Origin: Macrostomum lignano
Lineage: Eukaryota
Length of the DNA stretch: 64,000 nucleotides
Assembly: GCA_002269645.1 (NCBI GenBank)
Contig: NIVC01003121.1
Location: 1-64,000, forward strand
Reading direction: 5' to 3'
The stretch's first letter is position 1. The number at the start of each line of letters is the position of its first letter. The notes beneath the pieces are model-generated. The model searched no databases. It had not been told where the DNA came from and saw only the letters and a program-made list of their open reading frames with translations. The translations under genes were made by a program, and so were the position numbers. Positions 1-11,610 of the stretch are shown piece after piece.

Positions 1-390
1 TCGTAAAGCAAAATTGCGCGGTCTAATAATTGAACCGCCTCTCCTCCTTTTCTCTGTTTCTGTTTCTTAGCATCCGAATCTGTGGCTTTTCAAAGCGTGA
101 TGTCGGTTCGGCCAGTTTCGCAAGAAACTGGCACAGCTGCTGCTGCCTGCATCACCTGCACACAGTGCAAGTTCAAGCGACGAAGTCAATCAAAGCATTG
201 TGTTGCCAAGTGCAGGGGGCGCTAATAGTCGGTAGTCGGATCCCGCATGCCAATCAGTACATGCGAGTCTGGATCCCATCTGGACGGCTAGAGACAGACG
301 GGCACCAGTCAATCCTCAATCTTCATTTAATGACGAGGCCCCTGGATATCAACGATAGGCAAAGTTACTCTCACCGTTTACCTTACGCAG

Positions 391-3300
391 GTGCTTCAAG
401 AAGTGCGCGCAATGGCGGCCTACTGACGCGGCCGCTGGGCCTGACCAGGGCATGTTTTGTTGGCACCTTCTCCAGCAACAGCGCCAGCCTGGTTGTCCTG
501 GAGCTTGCCTGCTACTCCAGCGGCCTGGTCATTGTGCCGCTGTACGACACCTTGGGCCGGGAGGCCTGCAGCCACATTCTGCAGGTGAGAAATGGCCTCG
601 GATTTGATGAATTATTTAACTGACCATTTTCTATGTACTCTACTTGTCAATAAGTAGTCTTTCACGGTTTTAAGCCACTTAGCCACTGGTCCTACAGGCC
701 ACCTCAGCCTTGATCCTTCAGGCCACCTCAGCCCTGATCCTTCAGGCCACCTCAGCTCTGATCCTTAGGCCACCTCAGCCCTGATCCTTCAGGCCACCTC
801 AGCCCTGATCCTTTAGGCCACCTCAGCCCTGATCCTTTAGGCCACCTCAGCCCTGATCCTTTAGGCCTCAGCCCTGATCCTTTAGGCACCTCAGCCCCTG
901 ATCATTTAGGCACCTCAGCCTGATCCTTTAGGCCACCTCAGCCCTGATCCTTCAGGCCACCTCAGCCCTGATTTTCAGGCCACCTCAGCCCTGATCCTTC
1001 AGGCCACCTCAGCCCTGATCCTTCGCACCACTCAGCCCTGATCCTTCAGGCCACCTCAGCCCTGATCCTTCAGGCCACCTCAGCCCTGATCCTTCAGGCC
1101 ACCTCAGCCCTGATCCTTCAGGCCACCTCAGCCCTGATCCTTCAGGCCACCTCAGCCCTGATTTTTCAGGCCACCTCAGCCCTGATTTTTCAGGCCACCT
1201 CAGCCCTGATCCTTCAGGCCACCTCAGCCCTGATCCTTCAGGCCACCTCAGCCCTGATTTTTCAGGCCACCTCAGCCCTGATTTTTTAGGCCACCTCAGC
1301 CCTGATTTTTCAGGCCACCTCAGCCCTGATTTTTCAGGCCACCTCAGCCCTGATCCTTCAGGCCACCTCAGCCCTGATTTCAGGCCACCTCAGCCCTGAT
1401 TTTTCAGGCCACCTCAGCTGATCCTTCAGGCCACCTCAGCCTGATTTTTAGGCCACCTCAGCCCTGATTTTTCAGGCCACCTCAGCCCTGATTTTTCAGG
1501 CCACCTCAGCCCTGATTTTTCAGGCCACCTCAGCCCTGATTTTTCAGGCCACCTCAGCCCTGATTTTTCAGGCCACATCAGCCCTGATTTTTCAGGCCAC
1601 CTCAGCCTGATTTTTCAGGCCACATCAGCCCTGATTTTTCAGGCCACCTCAGCCTGATTTTCAGGCCACCTCAGCCCTGATTTTTCAGGCCACCTCAGCC
1701 CTGATCCTTCAGCCCCCCTCAGTCTATCCCAGGCCGGTTCCCCCCAGCAACTAAACCAGTTCCTTCTGCCCCTGCCTGCCGTAGGAGACGCAGCTCAGCG
1801 TGGCGTTCTGCCGCTCGGACAAGCAGGCCGCCACAGTGTCCGAGCTGGGGTCGGCCGAACAGGCCATCCGGCTGATTGTGGCCGAGCCGTCGGAGGCGGA
1901 GCAGCCGGCCGGTGCGGCGGTTATCAGCTACGTTGATGCGATTGCCAAGGGCCGGGAGTTGCTTCAGCAGCGGCGGGAGCAGAAGGAGAACAGCGGTGAT
2001 GGGCAGCAGCAGGAGGACGCTGACGCCAACAGGAGGCCGCAGCCCAGCGACTTGGCTGTGATCTGCTACACCAGCGGCACCACTGGTCTGTTGGGAACGA
2101 GGGGCTTAAGTCGGAATTCGTATAGTCAAATGCTTTAATCCAATGATTTGCTAATTTATTTTTAACGTTATTTTTTTCGTTTTCAATCAAGGCCAACCCA
2201 AAGGCGTCATGCTGACAAATGACAACCTTGTCAAGGGCGTGCACCTGGTCACGGATACTATTAAAGAGGACACTTTTAAGGTGAAAACACGATAAAATTT
2301 GACCCCATCCCAACATCAAAATTCCCATCCCCAACATCACAATCCCCATCATCGGAATCCCCATTCCCAGCATCAGAATCCCCACCCCAACATCAGAATC
2401 CCCACCACCAGCATCAGAATCCCCATCCCCAGCATCAGAATCCCCACCACCAGCATCAGAATCCCCACCCCCAACATCAGAATCCCCACCACCAGCATCA
2501 GAATCCCCACCCCAACATCAGAATCCCCACCACCAACATCAGAATCCCACCCCAACATCATCCCATCCCCAGCATCAGAATCCCCATCCCCAGCATCAGA
2601 ATCCCCATCCCAGCATCAGAATCCCCCACCAGCATCAGAATCCCCATCACCAGCATCAGAATCCCCACCACCAGAATCAGAATCCCCACCCCCAACATCA
2701 GAATCCCACCACCAACATCAGAATCCCCACCCCCAGCATCAGAATCCCACCACCAGCATCAGAATCCCCATCCCCAGCATCAGAATCCCCATCCCCAGCA
2801 TCAGAATCCACCACCAGCATCAGAATCCCCATCACCAGCATCAGAATCCCCATCACCAGCATCAGAATCCCCATCCCCAGCATCAGAATCCCCACCACCA
2901 GCATCAGAATCCCCATCCCCAGCATCAGAATCCCACCACCAGCATCAGAATCCCCATCCCAGCATCAGAATCCCCACCCAGCATCAGAATCCCCATCCCC
3001 AGCATCAGAATCCCACCACCAGCATCAGAATCCCCATCCCCAGCATCAGAATCCCTATCCACAGTGTCAGAATCTCCATCCCCAGCATCAGAATCCCTAT
3101 CCACAGTGTCAGAATCTCCATCCCCTATTCCCCAATTCGCAGCACCCGGTGGAGTTGAACAGCTCGGACCGCTACTTCAGCTACCTGCCGATGGCGCACA
3201 TCCTGGAGCGAATGTGCCAGCTGTTCGCCTTCGCCCACGGCCTGTCCATGGGATTCTTTCGCGGCGATCGGGCCGGCCTCATGGACGACCTGCGCGAGTG

Positions 3301-6300
3301 TCAGCCCACCTTCATGGCTGCCGTGCTAAGGTGGGCGGCTGCGGGATCGGGCGATGGATTAAGGAGGAGAGAGAGGCGGATCAGGAGGGAGGAGAGGGGC
3401 AGATCAGGGAGGAGAGAGGGCGGATCAGGGAGGGACAGAGGAACGGATCAGGGAGGGACAGAGGGGCGGATCAGGGAGGGACAGAGGGGCGGATCAGGGA
3501 GGGACAGAGGGGCGGATCAGGGAGGGAAAGAGGGGCGGATCAGGGAGGGAAAGAGGGGCGGATCAGGGAGGAACAGAGGGGCGGATCAGGGAGGGACAGA
3601 GGGGCGGATCAGGGAGGGACAGAGGGGCGGATCAGGGAGGGACAGAGGGGCGGATCAGGGAGGACAGAGGGCGGATCAGGGAGGGACAGAGGGCGGATCA
3701 GGGAGGGAAAGAGGGGCGGATCAGGGAGGGACAGAGGGCGGATCAGGGAGGGAAAGAGGGGCGGATCAGGGAGGGACAGAGGGGCGGATCAGGGAGGGAC
3801 AGAGGGCGGATCAGGGAGGGACAGAGGGGCGGATCAGGGAGGGATAGGGGCGGATCAGGGAGGGATAGGGGCGGATCAGGGAGGGATAGGGGCGGATCAG
3901 GGTGGGATAGGGGCAGATCAGGAAGGGATGGTTGATTCAGCAGTGTAGAGAGACAGGAGTAAAGTTTCCAATCATCATCCAATCAGCTGTCACTGGCCGC
4001 CGCCCGCAGGTCCTGAGCCGCATTCGCGAGCGCGCCCTGACAGCGGTGTCGGGCAGCCGGCTGAAGTCGGCCATCCTTGACACGGCGCTGTCCGCAAGAG
4101 CCGCCGGCTGTCGCAGCTCCGGGTTGACAAGGACACGCTGTGGGATCGGCTGGTGTTCCGCCGCGTCCAGGAAGGCCTGGGCGGCCGCGTCCGCTTTGTA
4201 GCCGTTGGCGGGGCGCCGATTTCTGCGGACACGCTGAACTTTGTGAAGGCGCGCTGGGCTGCCCGGTGGTGCAGGTGAGAGAGCTGGGCGAACTTTTGGA
4301 GGACCAGCGCTGCACTTCTTGTGTTGAAGAATTCGGCGACTTAATAGGGGGACAGTGCTTTGGGGCTGACGTTTTTAAACTACTGGTGCACTTCTCTACA
4401 GTCTTCCGTAACTCTACTTCTTCCTCTCCCTCGCCTACTTTTCCCTACCTATATCCTCCCTCTACTTCTCCGCTCCCTCTCCATCCTCCCTCTACTTCTC
4501 CCGCTCCCTCTCCATCCTCCCTCTACTTCTCCCGCTCCCTCTCCATCCTCCCTCTACTTCTCCCGCTCCCTCTCCATCCTCCCTCTACTTCTCCCGCTCC
4601 CTCTCCATCCTCCCTCTACTTCTCCCGCTCCCTCTCCATCCTTCCTCTACTTCTCCCGCTCCCTCTCCATCCTTCTGTCGCTCCCATTTTGATCTCCCCT
4701 TTACTCCTTTTAACTCCCGTCTCTCACCCCTCGCTCCCACTCTTCCTGCAACCTCTCTGCTATCGATCCATCCGAGCGTCCCTCACCTCCCCGACCCCCG
4801 CAGGGTTTCGGCCAGACGGAAACCTGCGGCCTCGGCCTGTGCCAGCGGCCCGGCGACCCGGCCAGCAACCACACCGGCCGGCCGATGCTGGGCATTGAAG
4901 TCCGCCTCGCTGACGCCCCCGACGCCGACTGTCCGAATGCGGAGGCTGACGGTCGCGGCGAGTTGTGCATCCGCGGCCCGACCTGCTTCGCTGGCTACTT
5001 CAAGCAGCCGGAGCGCTCGGCCGAGACTCTTGACTCCGACGGCTGGGTGCACACCGGCGACATCGCCCAGCTGCTCCCCGGCGGCTCCTACCGCATCGTT
5101 GACCGGGTCAAGCACCTGTTCAAGCTGGCCCAGGGCGAGTACATCGCGCCGGAGAAGATCGAGCTGGTGTACTGCCTGAACCCGGCCATCGATCAGGTCT
5201 TTGTTGATGGCCGCAGCGAGCGCTCCTGCCTGCTCGGCGTCGTGGTGCCAACGTTGGACGCCACCAAGGCCTGGCTGGCCAAGAATCCCGCGGACACGGC
5301 GGCTGCGGCTGGCGATTCGCCTCCAGAGCTGCTGGCCGCGGCCTGCGGCAGCGCCGGATTCAAGGCGCACCTGCTGGGCGAGCTGCAGCAGCTGGGCAAG
5401 CAGAAGGGGCTGCAGAGCTTCGAGCAGGTTGGTTGCTGGATTTGCTGGCTGACTGGGCTGCCGCTTCCAGTAGCTTGGACTGACGGGTGATATCATGTGG
5501 TCTAAAGTGATGATCTTAGGTGACCTTGAATGGTGATCTGAGGTAACCTTGAATGGTGATCTGAGTTGATCTTGAATGATGATCTGAGGTGACCTTGAAT
5601 GGTGATCTGAGGTGACCTTGAATGGTGATCTGAGGTGACCTTGAATGGTGATCTGAGGTGACCTTGAATGGTGATCTTAGGTGACCTTGAATGGTGATCT
5701 TAGGTGACCTTGAATGGTGATCTGAGGTGACCTTGAATGGTGATCTGAGGTGACCTTGAATGGTGATCTTAGGTGACCTTGAATGGTGATCTGAGGTGAC
5801 CTTGAATGGTGATCTTAGGTGACCTTGAATGGTGATCTGAGGTGACCTTGAATGGTGATCTTAGGTGACCTTGAATGGTGATCTGAGGTGACCTTGAATG
5901 GTGATCTGAGGTGACCTTAGGTTTTCTCCGATAACCTTCAGTGTTCACAGGGTGGCTGGCTTTCGGTGATCTGATAAGTTTAACCCTATCGAACCCGGTA
6001 CCATGGCCCACAGCTTTGCCGGCTTGCTATCATAGACAACTTTTTTAAGCCTGCAGAAATCTTAGCCGCAAGAACACAGACTTACAGGTGACGGATTTGA
6101 ATCGTAGTCTAAAAAAAGTATAAAAACACGAGAAAGGTAACCATTTTTTGCAGGAGGTATGGAAAAAAGAACTGATATTTGACGTTTTGAAGAATTTGTT
6201 TCCTGTGTTTCGACCCCATCTGACATTGGAACGAGAAGAAGAAACGGATACGTACTCAAATTTCGTACACTGCACAGGATAAGTTGCGCAAACTTGTGCA

Positions 6301-6936
6301 AACTCTGAACACTGGCTGAGGAGTCACAGGGAACAGGGAGTGCACTTAAACAAATAAACTGCATGGCCATATTGGATACCAAAAGCTCTAATTTAAATAA
6401 CTTGTAATGTAACAGCGATACAAAATAAAGCCTAATAAAGCCTTACAAACAGGATATATACACAAATGGAAAGCGTACTAAAATGTATAATACACAAAAT
6501 AGTATATAAGGTAACACAGAAAAAGAAAAAAATAACGGCAATAAAGAAACACACAAACCAGGCGGTCAATCGGTGGAGCTGTGAATTAAAGAAGAACGAA
6601 ATGAAGCAATTATAAACGCTGTAAAATAAGAAGCGTGAGTGAGACCCAAAGGCATCAAGTCTCAGTTAACTTTGAGACCATTTTAGGTTTCCGTTGAGAT
6701 ATCTTGAGTGATTCTGAGTGTCTTAACTTCAATTCATGCCTAAGCTTTTTAAAATATAAACTCAACATCGCCTCCACCTCAACAACCCTCGCCAGGTGAA
6801 GGCCATCCTGCTGCACCCCGAGCCTTTCAGCGCCGAGAACGACCTGATGACGCCCACGATGAAGCTGAAGCGGCCGCAGTTGCGCAAGCGGTTCGCCGAC
6901 GCCTTCGACGCCATGTACGCAGAGGTGGAGCCGTGA
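391..6936 (+). CDS. ACSL: Long-chain fatty acyl-CoA synthetase (ACSL1/5/6-like), 5'-incomplete; exons ~391-584, 1785-2085, 2192-2280, 3143-3330, 4010-4274, 4804-5427, 6796-6936
   Basis: Spliced translation gives VPLYDTLG, the AMP-binding loop YTSGTTGQPKGV (split by intron 2086-2191), SYLPMAHILER, GFGQTET, GELCIRGP, DGWVHTGD, IVDRVKHLFKLAQGEYIAPEKIE and LMTPTMKLKR; GT-AG introns; TGA at 6934-6936. Apparent 1-bp deletions at ~422, ~3326, ~4092 and ~4249 (the last two are intact in the mirror copy). Confidence 0.93.
690..1712. repeat. Intronic minisatellite, ~24-bp unit CAGGCCACCTCAGCCCTGAT(CC/TT)TT
   Basis: About 40 tandem units in an ACSL intron. Confidence 0.95.
2305..3122. repeat. Intronic minisatellite, ~21-bp unit CAGCATCAGAATCCCCATCCC
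   Basis: Variant tandem units filling an ACSL intron. Confidence 0.93.
3350..3930. repeat. Intronic G-rich minisatellite, ~22-23-bp unit GGCGGATCAGGGAGGGACAGAGG (mirror 63770-64000)
   Basis: Tandem units visible directly. Confidence 0.93.
4450..4675. repeat. Intronic pyrimidine-rich 31-bp minisatellite CTCCCTCTACTTCTCCCGCTCCCTCTCCATC (mirror 62925-63230, longer)
   Basis: About 7 units on the left versus about 10 on the right. Confidence 0.92.
5512..5920. repeat. Intronic 23-bp minisatellite GAGGTGACCTTGAATGGTGATCT (mirror 61675-62090)
   Basis: About 18 tandem units in the last ACSL intron. Confidence 0.95.
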
Positions 6937-7176
6937 GGCGCCGTGTCGCCTGATCACCCCATTGCCTCATTAATCAGAGGAGATTATTTAAAAACTCCCT
7001 AAACTTCCCACTAGATATCCTGTTGACTCTACTGTTAGTAGCGTGCAAAGTCTGTCATTTTTTGCAGTTGATGGACAATCAAAGTAGAAAGACGCTGCAC
7101 TCACAAATCCTGCAACATTCGACAGTATGATGATGAGAAAGACGCTGCACTCACAAATCCTGCAACATTCGACAGT

Positions 7177-7945
7177 ATGATGATGATGGTGATGATCATG
7201 ATGATGATGGTGATGATCATGATGATGATGGTGATGATCATGATGATGATGGTGATGATCATGATGATGATGGTGATGATCATGATGATGATGGTGATGA
7301 TGATCATGATGATGGTGATCATGATGATGATGGTGATGATGATCATGATGATGATGGTGATGATGATCATGATGATGGTGATCATGGTGATGATGGTGAT
7401 GATGATAATGATGATCATGATGATGATGGTGATCATGATGATGATGGTGATGATGATCATGATGATGGTGACCATGATGATGATGGTGATGATGATCATG
7501 ATGATGATGGTGATGATGATCATGATCATGGTGATCATGGTGATGATGATCATGATGATGATGGTGATGATGATCATGATGATGATGGTGATGATGATCA
7601 TGATGATGGTGATCATGATGATGATGGTGATGATGATCATGATGATGGTGATCATGATGATGATGGTGATGATGATCATGATGATGATGGTGATAATGAT
7701 AATGATGATCATGATGATGATGGTGATCATGATGATGATGGTGATGATGATCATGATGATGGTGATCATGATGATGATGGTGATGATGATCATGATGATG
7801 GTGATCATGATGATGATGGTGATGATGATCATGATGATGGTGATCATGATGATGATGGTGATGATGATCATGATGATGATGGTGATGATGATCATGATGA
7901 TGGTGATCATGGTGATGATGATGATGATGATGGTGATCATGATGG

Positions 7946-7978
<33 letters not shown>
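7177..7978. repeat. Compound trinucleotide array (ATG/GTG/ATC)n (mirror 59640-60418)
   Basis: About 800 bp of ATG triplets punctuated by GTG and ATC. Confidence 0.95.
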
Positions 7979-8529
7979 GGACTCAGCCTCCGAACTCGCA
8001 ATTGAAGTTCAGTAAATAATAAAGTTTAAAAAATGGTGATTAGAGATCATATCTGAAGTTAAATGTATTTTTTGAAACTAATGCTAGACTTGCGAGTGCA
8101 GCGTCCCTGTACTTTAGAGTTGTCCGTGATGCAGTGTTGTGGAAACTTGAGTTTATTCCCCTACCAAAAAAGGCTCGCTGCGCATTAATTCCGTTTTTTG
8201 TTTCTTAGAAAAGCCGCGCAAGTTCCTGCCGAGCATTTACCGTATTCCGCTGTTTGCAATATTCGGCTCTATAAACATTTTAAACAACTTCCAAATCATT
8301 AAAATTGGTTGTTTTGCTAATATTAATTAGACACTTTGACCGCTTGGAGCTGTTCATCGAATGCTTTAATAACAATGTGTAAGAAATATTATATAATACT
8401 AGCACAATACACTTTTTGCTATCCAGTCTGATCGAACTGCCGCTTCTGTGGATTGAAAGTACCGTTTCGAATTTTGTTTCGTTTGGGCTGGCGTTTTTAT
8501 TATTTCCGGCCCTTTAAACAGATCCCGGC

Positions 8530-9645
8530 TGAAGCACATGTAGCTCCCGAAATTCGGAATCCCACAATCCTGAATTCTTGAATCCTATCCTGCATTTCTG
8601 AATCCAATCCCAAATTTCCGAATTATACAATCCCGAATTTCCGAATCCTATAATACTTAATTTCCGAATCCTACAATTCTGAATTTCGGAATCCACCCCG
8701 AATTTTCGAATTATACAATCCCGAATTTCTGATCCTACAATCCTGAATTTCCGAATCCAATCCTGAATTTCTGAATCCAATCCCGAATTTTCAAATGCAA
8801 TCCTGAATTTTGGAATTCAATTCCGAATTTCCGAATTATACGATCCTTAATTTCCGAATCCTAAATCCGGAATTTCCAAATCCTACAATCCTGCAATCTG
8901 CAGTACTGCAATCATGAATTTCGGAATCCTGCAATCCAGAATTTCTGAATCAGACATGTAAAATTCTGAATTTCCAAATCCCACAATCCTGAATTTCCGA
9001 ATCCTAAAATCCTGAATTTCCGAATCCCACAATCCTGAATTTCCGAATCCCACAATCCTGAATTTCCGAATCCTACAATCCTGAATTTCCGAATCCTACA
9101 ATCCTAAATTTCCGAATCCTACAATCCTGAATTTCCGAATCCCACAATCCTGAATTTCCGAATCCTACAATCCTGAATTTCCGAATCCTACAATCCTGAA
9201 TTTCCGAATCCTACAATCCTGAATTTCCGAATCCTACAATCCTGAATTTCCGAATCCTACAATCCTGAATTTCCGAATCCCACAATCCCGAGTTTCCGAA
9301 TCCTACAATCCCGAGTTTCCGAATCCTACAATCCCGAGTTTCCGAATCCTACAATCCCGAGTTTCCGAATCCTACAATCCTGAATTTCCGAATCCTACAA
9401 TCCTGAATTTCCGAATCCTACAATCCTGAGTTTCCGAATCCTACAATCCTGAGTTTCCGAATCCCACAATCCCGAGTTTCCGAATCCTACAATCCCGAGT
9501 TTCCGAATCCTACAATCCCGAGTTTCCGAATCCTACGAGTACAATCCCGAGTTTCCGAATCCCACAATCCCGAGTTTCCGAATCCCACAATCCCGAGTTT
9601 CCGAATCCTACAATCCTGAATTTCCGAATCTCACAATCCTGAGTC
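8530..9645. repeat. 23-bp minisatellite GAATTTCCGAATCCTACAATCCT (mirror ~58165-59075, shorter)
   Basis: Degenerate 5' part, homogeneous core. Confidence 0.93.
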
Positions 9646-10290
9646 TCCGTATCCCGAATATCTGACTGTGTTTTGGGGGTTTCCGAACACAGAATTCTCA
9701 AATCCGGGCCGAGATTTGATCTAAGCCGTTAATTCCTGCATCCGCCTGCCCTGAGTCGCATTGGCCATGACTTCTCATCATGAATTCTACACATGGCGTC
9801 CAGCTATGTACGAATTAGTCTGCGCATGCGGAACACACCAACCAGCCTTCCAACTGTAATCCTTTGTCTGTTAATATTTAATGCCTGCAATGCTTGCACA
9901 TGCAGCGGGTCGCAGGTCACGTAAGTTTGCAGTCCGCTGTAATTAATAATCTCTCACACCTGTGTCAGGTTTTTCATTTGCTACACGCGCGCCCATGCAA
10001 CAAACGCACCGTGAGCTGGCGTTTCTATAGCAACATTCAGTACAATTGATACAATATATATTTCTGTGTATACACATATTATGGTTAGCACATATATTTT
10101 AACTTAGCTATTCCTTCCATCGATAAATACATGCATTCGCGATTGTGAGAAGCGTCATCTGCAGCGATAATGTCAGAGTTTGTACAGTAATAAGCGGTAT
10201 ATGTACCTGCGCGCCAGCGCTTATTCAACTCGCCGGCCAAATTAATCTTTCATCGCGTTCTCGGCTTGCCGCAGTGTCCATATAGCCAGC

Positions 10291-11004
10291 ATGCAACAGC
10301 AGCATCTGCGGCTGAGCTCTGCTGGGCATGGCAGAAAGCCGAATCATCATCGGAGGCGGCAGCACCACCAACTGCATCGGCTGCTAGAGCTGCCTGAACA
10401 GCAGCAGAGCTCGGCCATAGACAATGGGATCAGTAAACCGTCGGAGGATTTCGGAGCGGCGGGCAGCGTCCTCTGGCAGAACTTTAGCCGGAATTTCCGA
10501 AGCGCTCTGATTGAAACTCGCCTGCGGGCCAAGCGGCAGGAGGCTGCAGAGGCGCCGGAGGCAGCGGGGACGGCAGCGACGGCGGCGACGGCATCGACGG
10601 GTCCGGATGGCACGGAGAGCTGCAGCGTTAAGAAGAGTCCCGGAGTGCAGCAGCAGCAGCTCAGGTATCAGCAGCTTCGAGCCCGCCGACGCTGGCATCT
10701 GCTGCGGCAGAACCTGGGCCGCGTGGTGCAGGCGGCGCAACAGAAAGACGACCTATCTGTCCGGATTGCAAAGCCCCAGCAACAGCAGCAGCTCACCGGC
10801 TGGGAGCTGTTCAGCCGCACCGGACCGAGAATCCGTCAGCAGCTCTACTCGCGCTACAGTTGCGGCCACGGCGGAGTGACCGCCGCCTCCGCCGCGGTTA
10901 TCGCGAACCTGCCGAGCGCTCCCGACCAGCCGATGGCAACTGTCGGCCTTCCAGCGCTGCCAGCAGCGTCGCGTAGTAGGAATCGTCGAGGCAATCAGCA
11001 GTGA
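10291..11004 (+). CDS. Orphan single-exon Q/A/R-rich protein, 237 aa, no recognisable domain
   Basis: ATG-to-TGA ORF with GC-rich coding-like composition; all five indels against the mirror copy are multiples of 3 nt. Confidence 0.6.
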   Translation: MQQQHLRLSSAGHGRKPNHHRRRQHHQLHRLLELPEQQQSSAIDNGISKPSEDFGAAGSVLWQNFSRNFRSALIETRLRAKRQEAAEAPEAAGTAATAATASTGPDGTESCSVKKSPGVQQQQLRYQQLRARRRWHLLRQNLGRVVQAAQQKDDLSVRIAKPQQQQQLTGWELFSRTGPRIRQQLYSRYSCGHGGVTAASAAVIANLPSAPDQPMATVGLPALPAASRSRNRRGNQQ

Positions 11005-11610
11005 ATTTGGAGTAATCACGAGTAACTTCGACTCATGCTCATCAATGCTCATCGACTCGTTCTAAACTCATGAAGTTTTTTTACACCGTACATTGTAATG
11101 CTAAATAAGAACGCGCATTGTTAAAAGCTCTAGAAAATGATAATTGCACTAAAAACTGCCAAGCTGCGCGCCGACAGCTCTGTCTGCCTGTCTGTCTTTC
11201 CCCCCCCTAGTGTCAGAACTGTGGCACAGTTGGCAGGGCTCCCTACTGGCCAAAGTGCTAAGCTACTGCTAGCAATTTCTCACTCGCTCTTGCTCTGCAA
11301 GTGGCACACTGGCGGCAGCTGAGGGCGAACGCATTGTACAAGAGCTGCTGCTGCACTGCTATTCGGCGGGCGGACTGTTAAGGCACTCTGTAGACAATGA
11401 AAATGTCTACTTAGCAACGGGTCTCTCTCCCATCTTTTTCTACACCTTTCTATCACTTACTCTAAGTCTTAGTCCGAGTATTTTTGCCTTAGGAAGCTCA
11501 ACTTCATCGGAACGAGAAACTGTTTCGAGTAGATTAAACTGAAAGCTAGCGGCGAGGCTTTTGAATAAGTCACTGAGAATCAAATCAAGGTCACCGTATA
11601 ACTGGGCAAA

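Noticed and set aside
30-390. N-terminal part of the 197-aa ORF as ACSL coding sequence
   Set aside because: No convincing motif or splice donor; the upstream ACSL exon could not be placed.
690-1712. CRISPR-like regular repeats
   Set aside because: Units are directly tandem with no unique spacers, there are no cas genes, and the context is a eukaryotic intron. The same applies to every array in the window.
2299-3948. 549-aa ORF and other ORFs across intronic repeats (also 24253-25311, 25642-26187, 50729-51304)
   Set aside because: These are translations of intronic minisatellites or antisense shadows of GC-rich exons.
391-6936. Calling ACSL, WD40 or ALP copies pseudogenes because of frameshifts
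   Set aside because: The lesions are 1-bp losses in short C/G runs, and wherever both arms are visible the other arm is intact; this is typical long-read consensus error.
6988-8019. His/Asp-rich 337-aa ORF and overlapping Met/Ile-rich ORFs (mirror 59600-60607)
   Set aside because: They are by-products of a trinucleotide array: open in several frames on both strands, the His ORF has no ATG, and there is no non-repeat domain.
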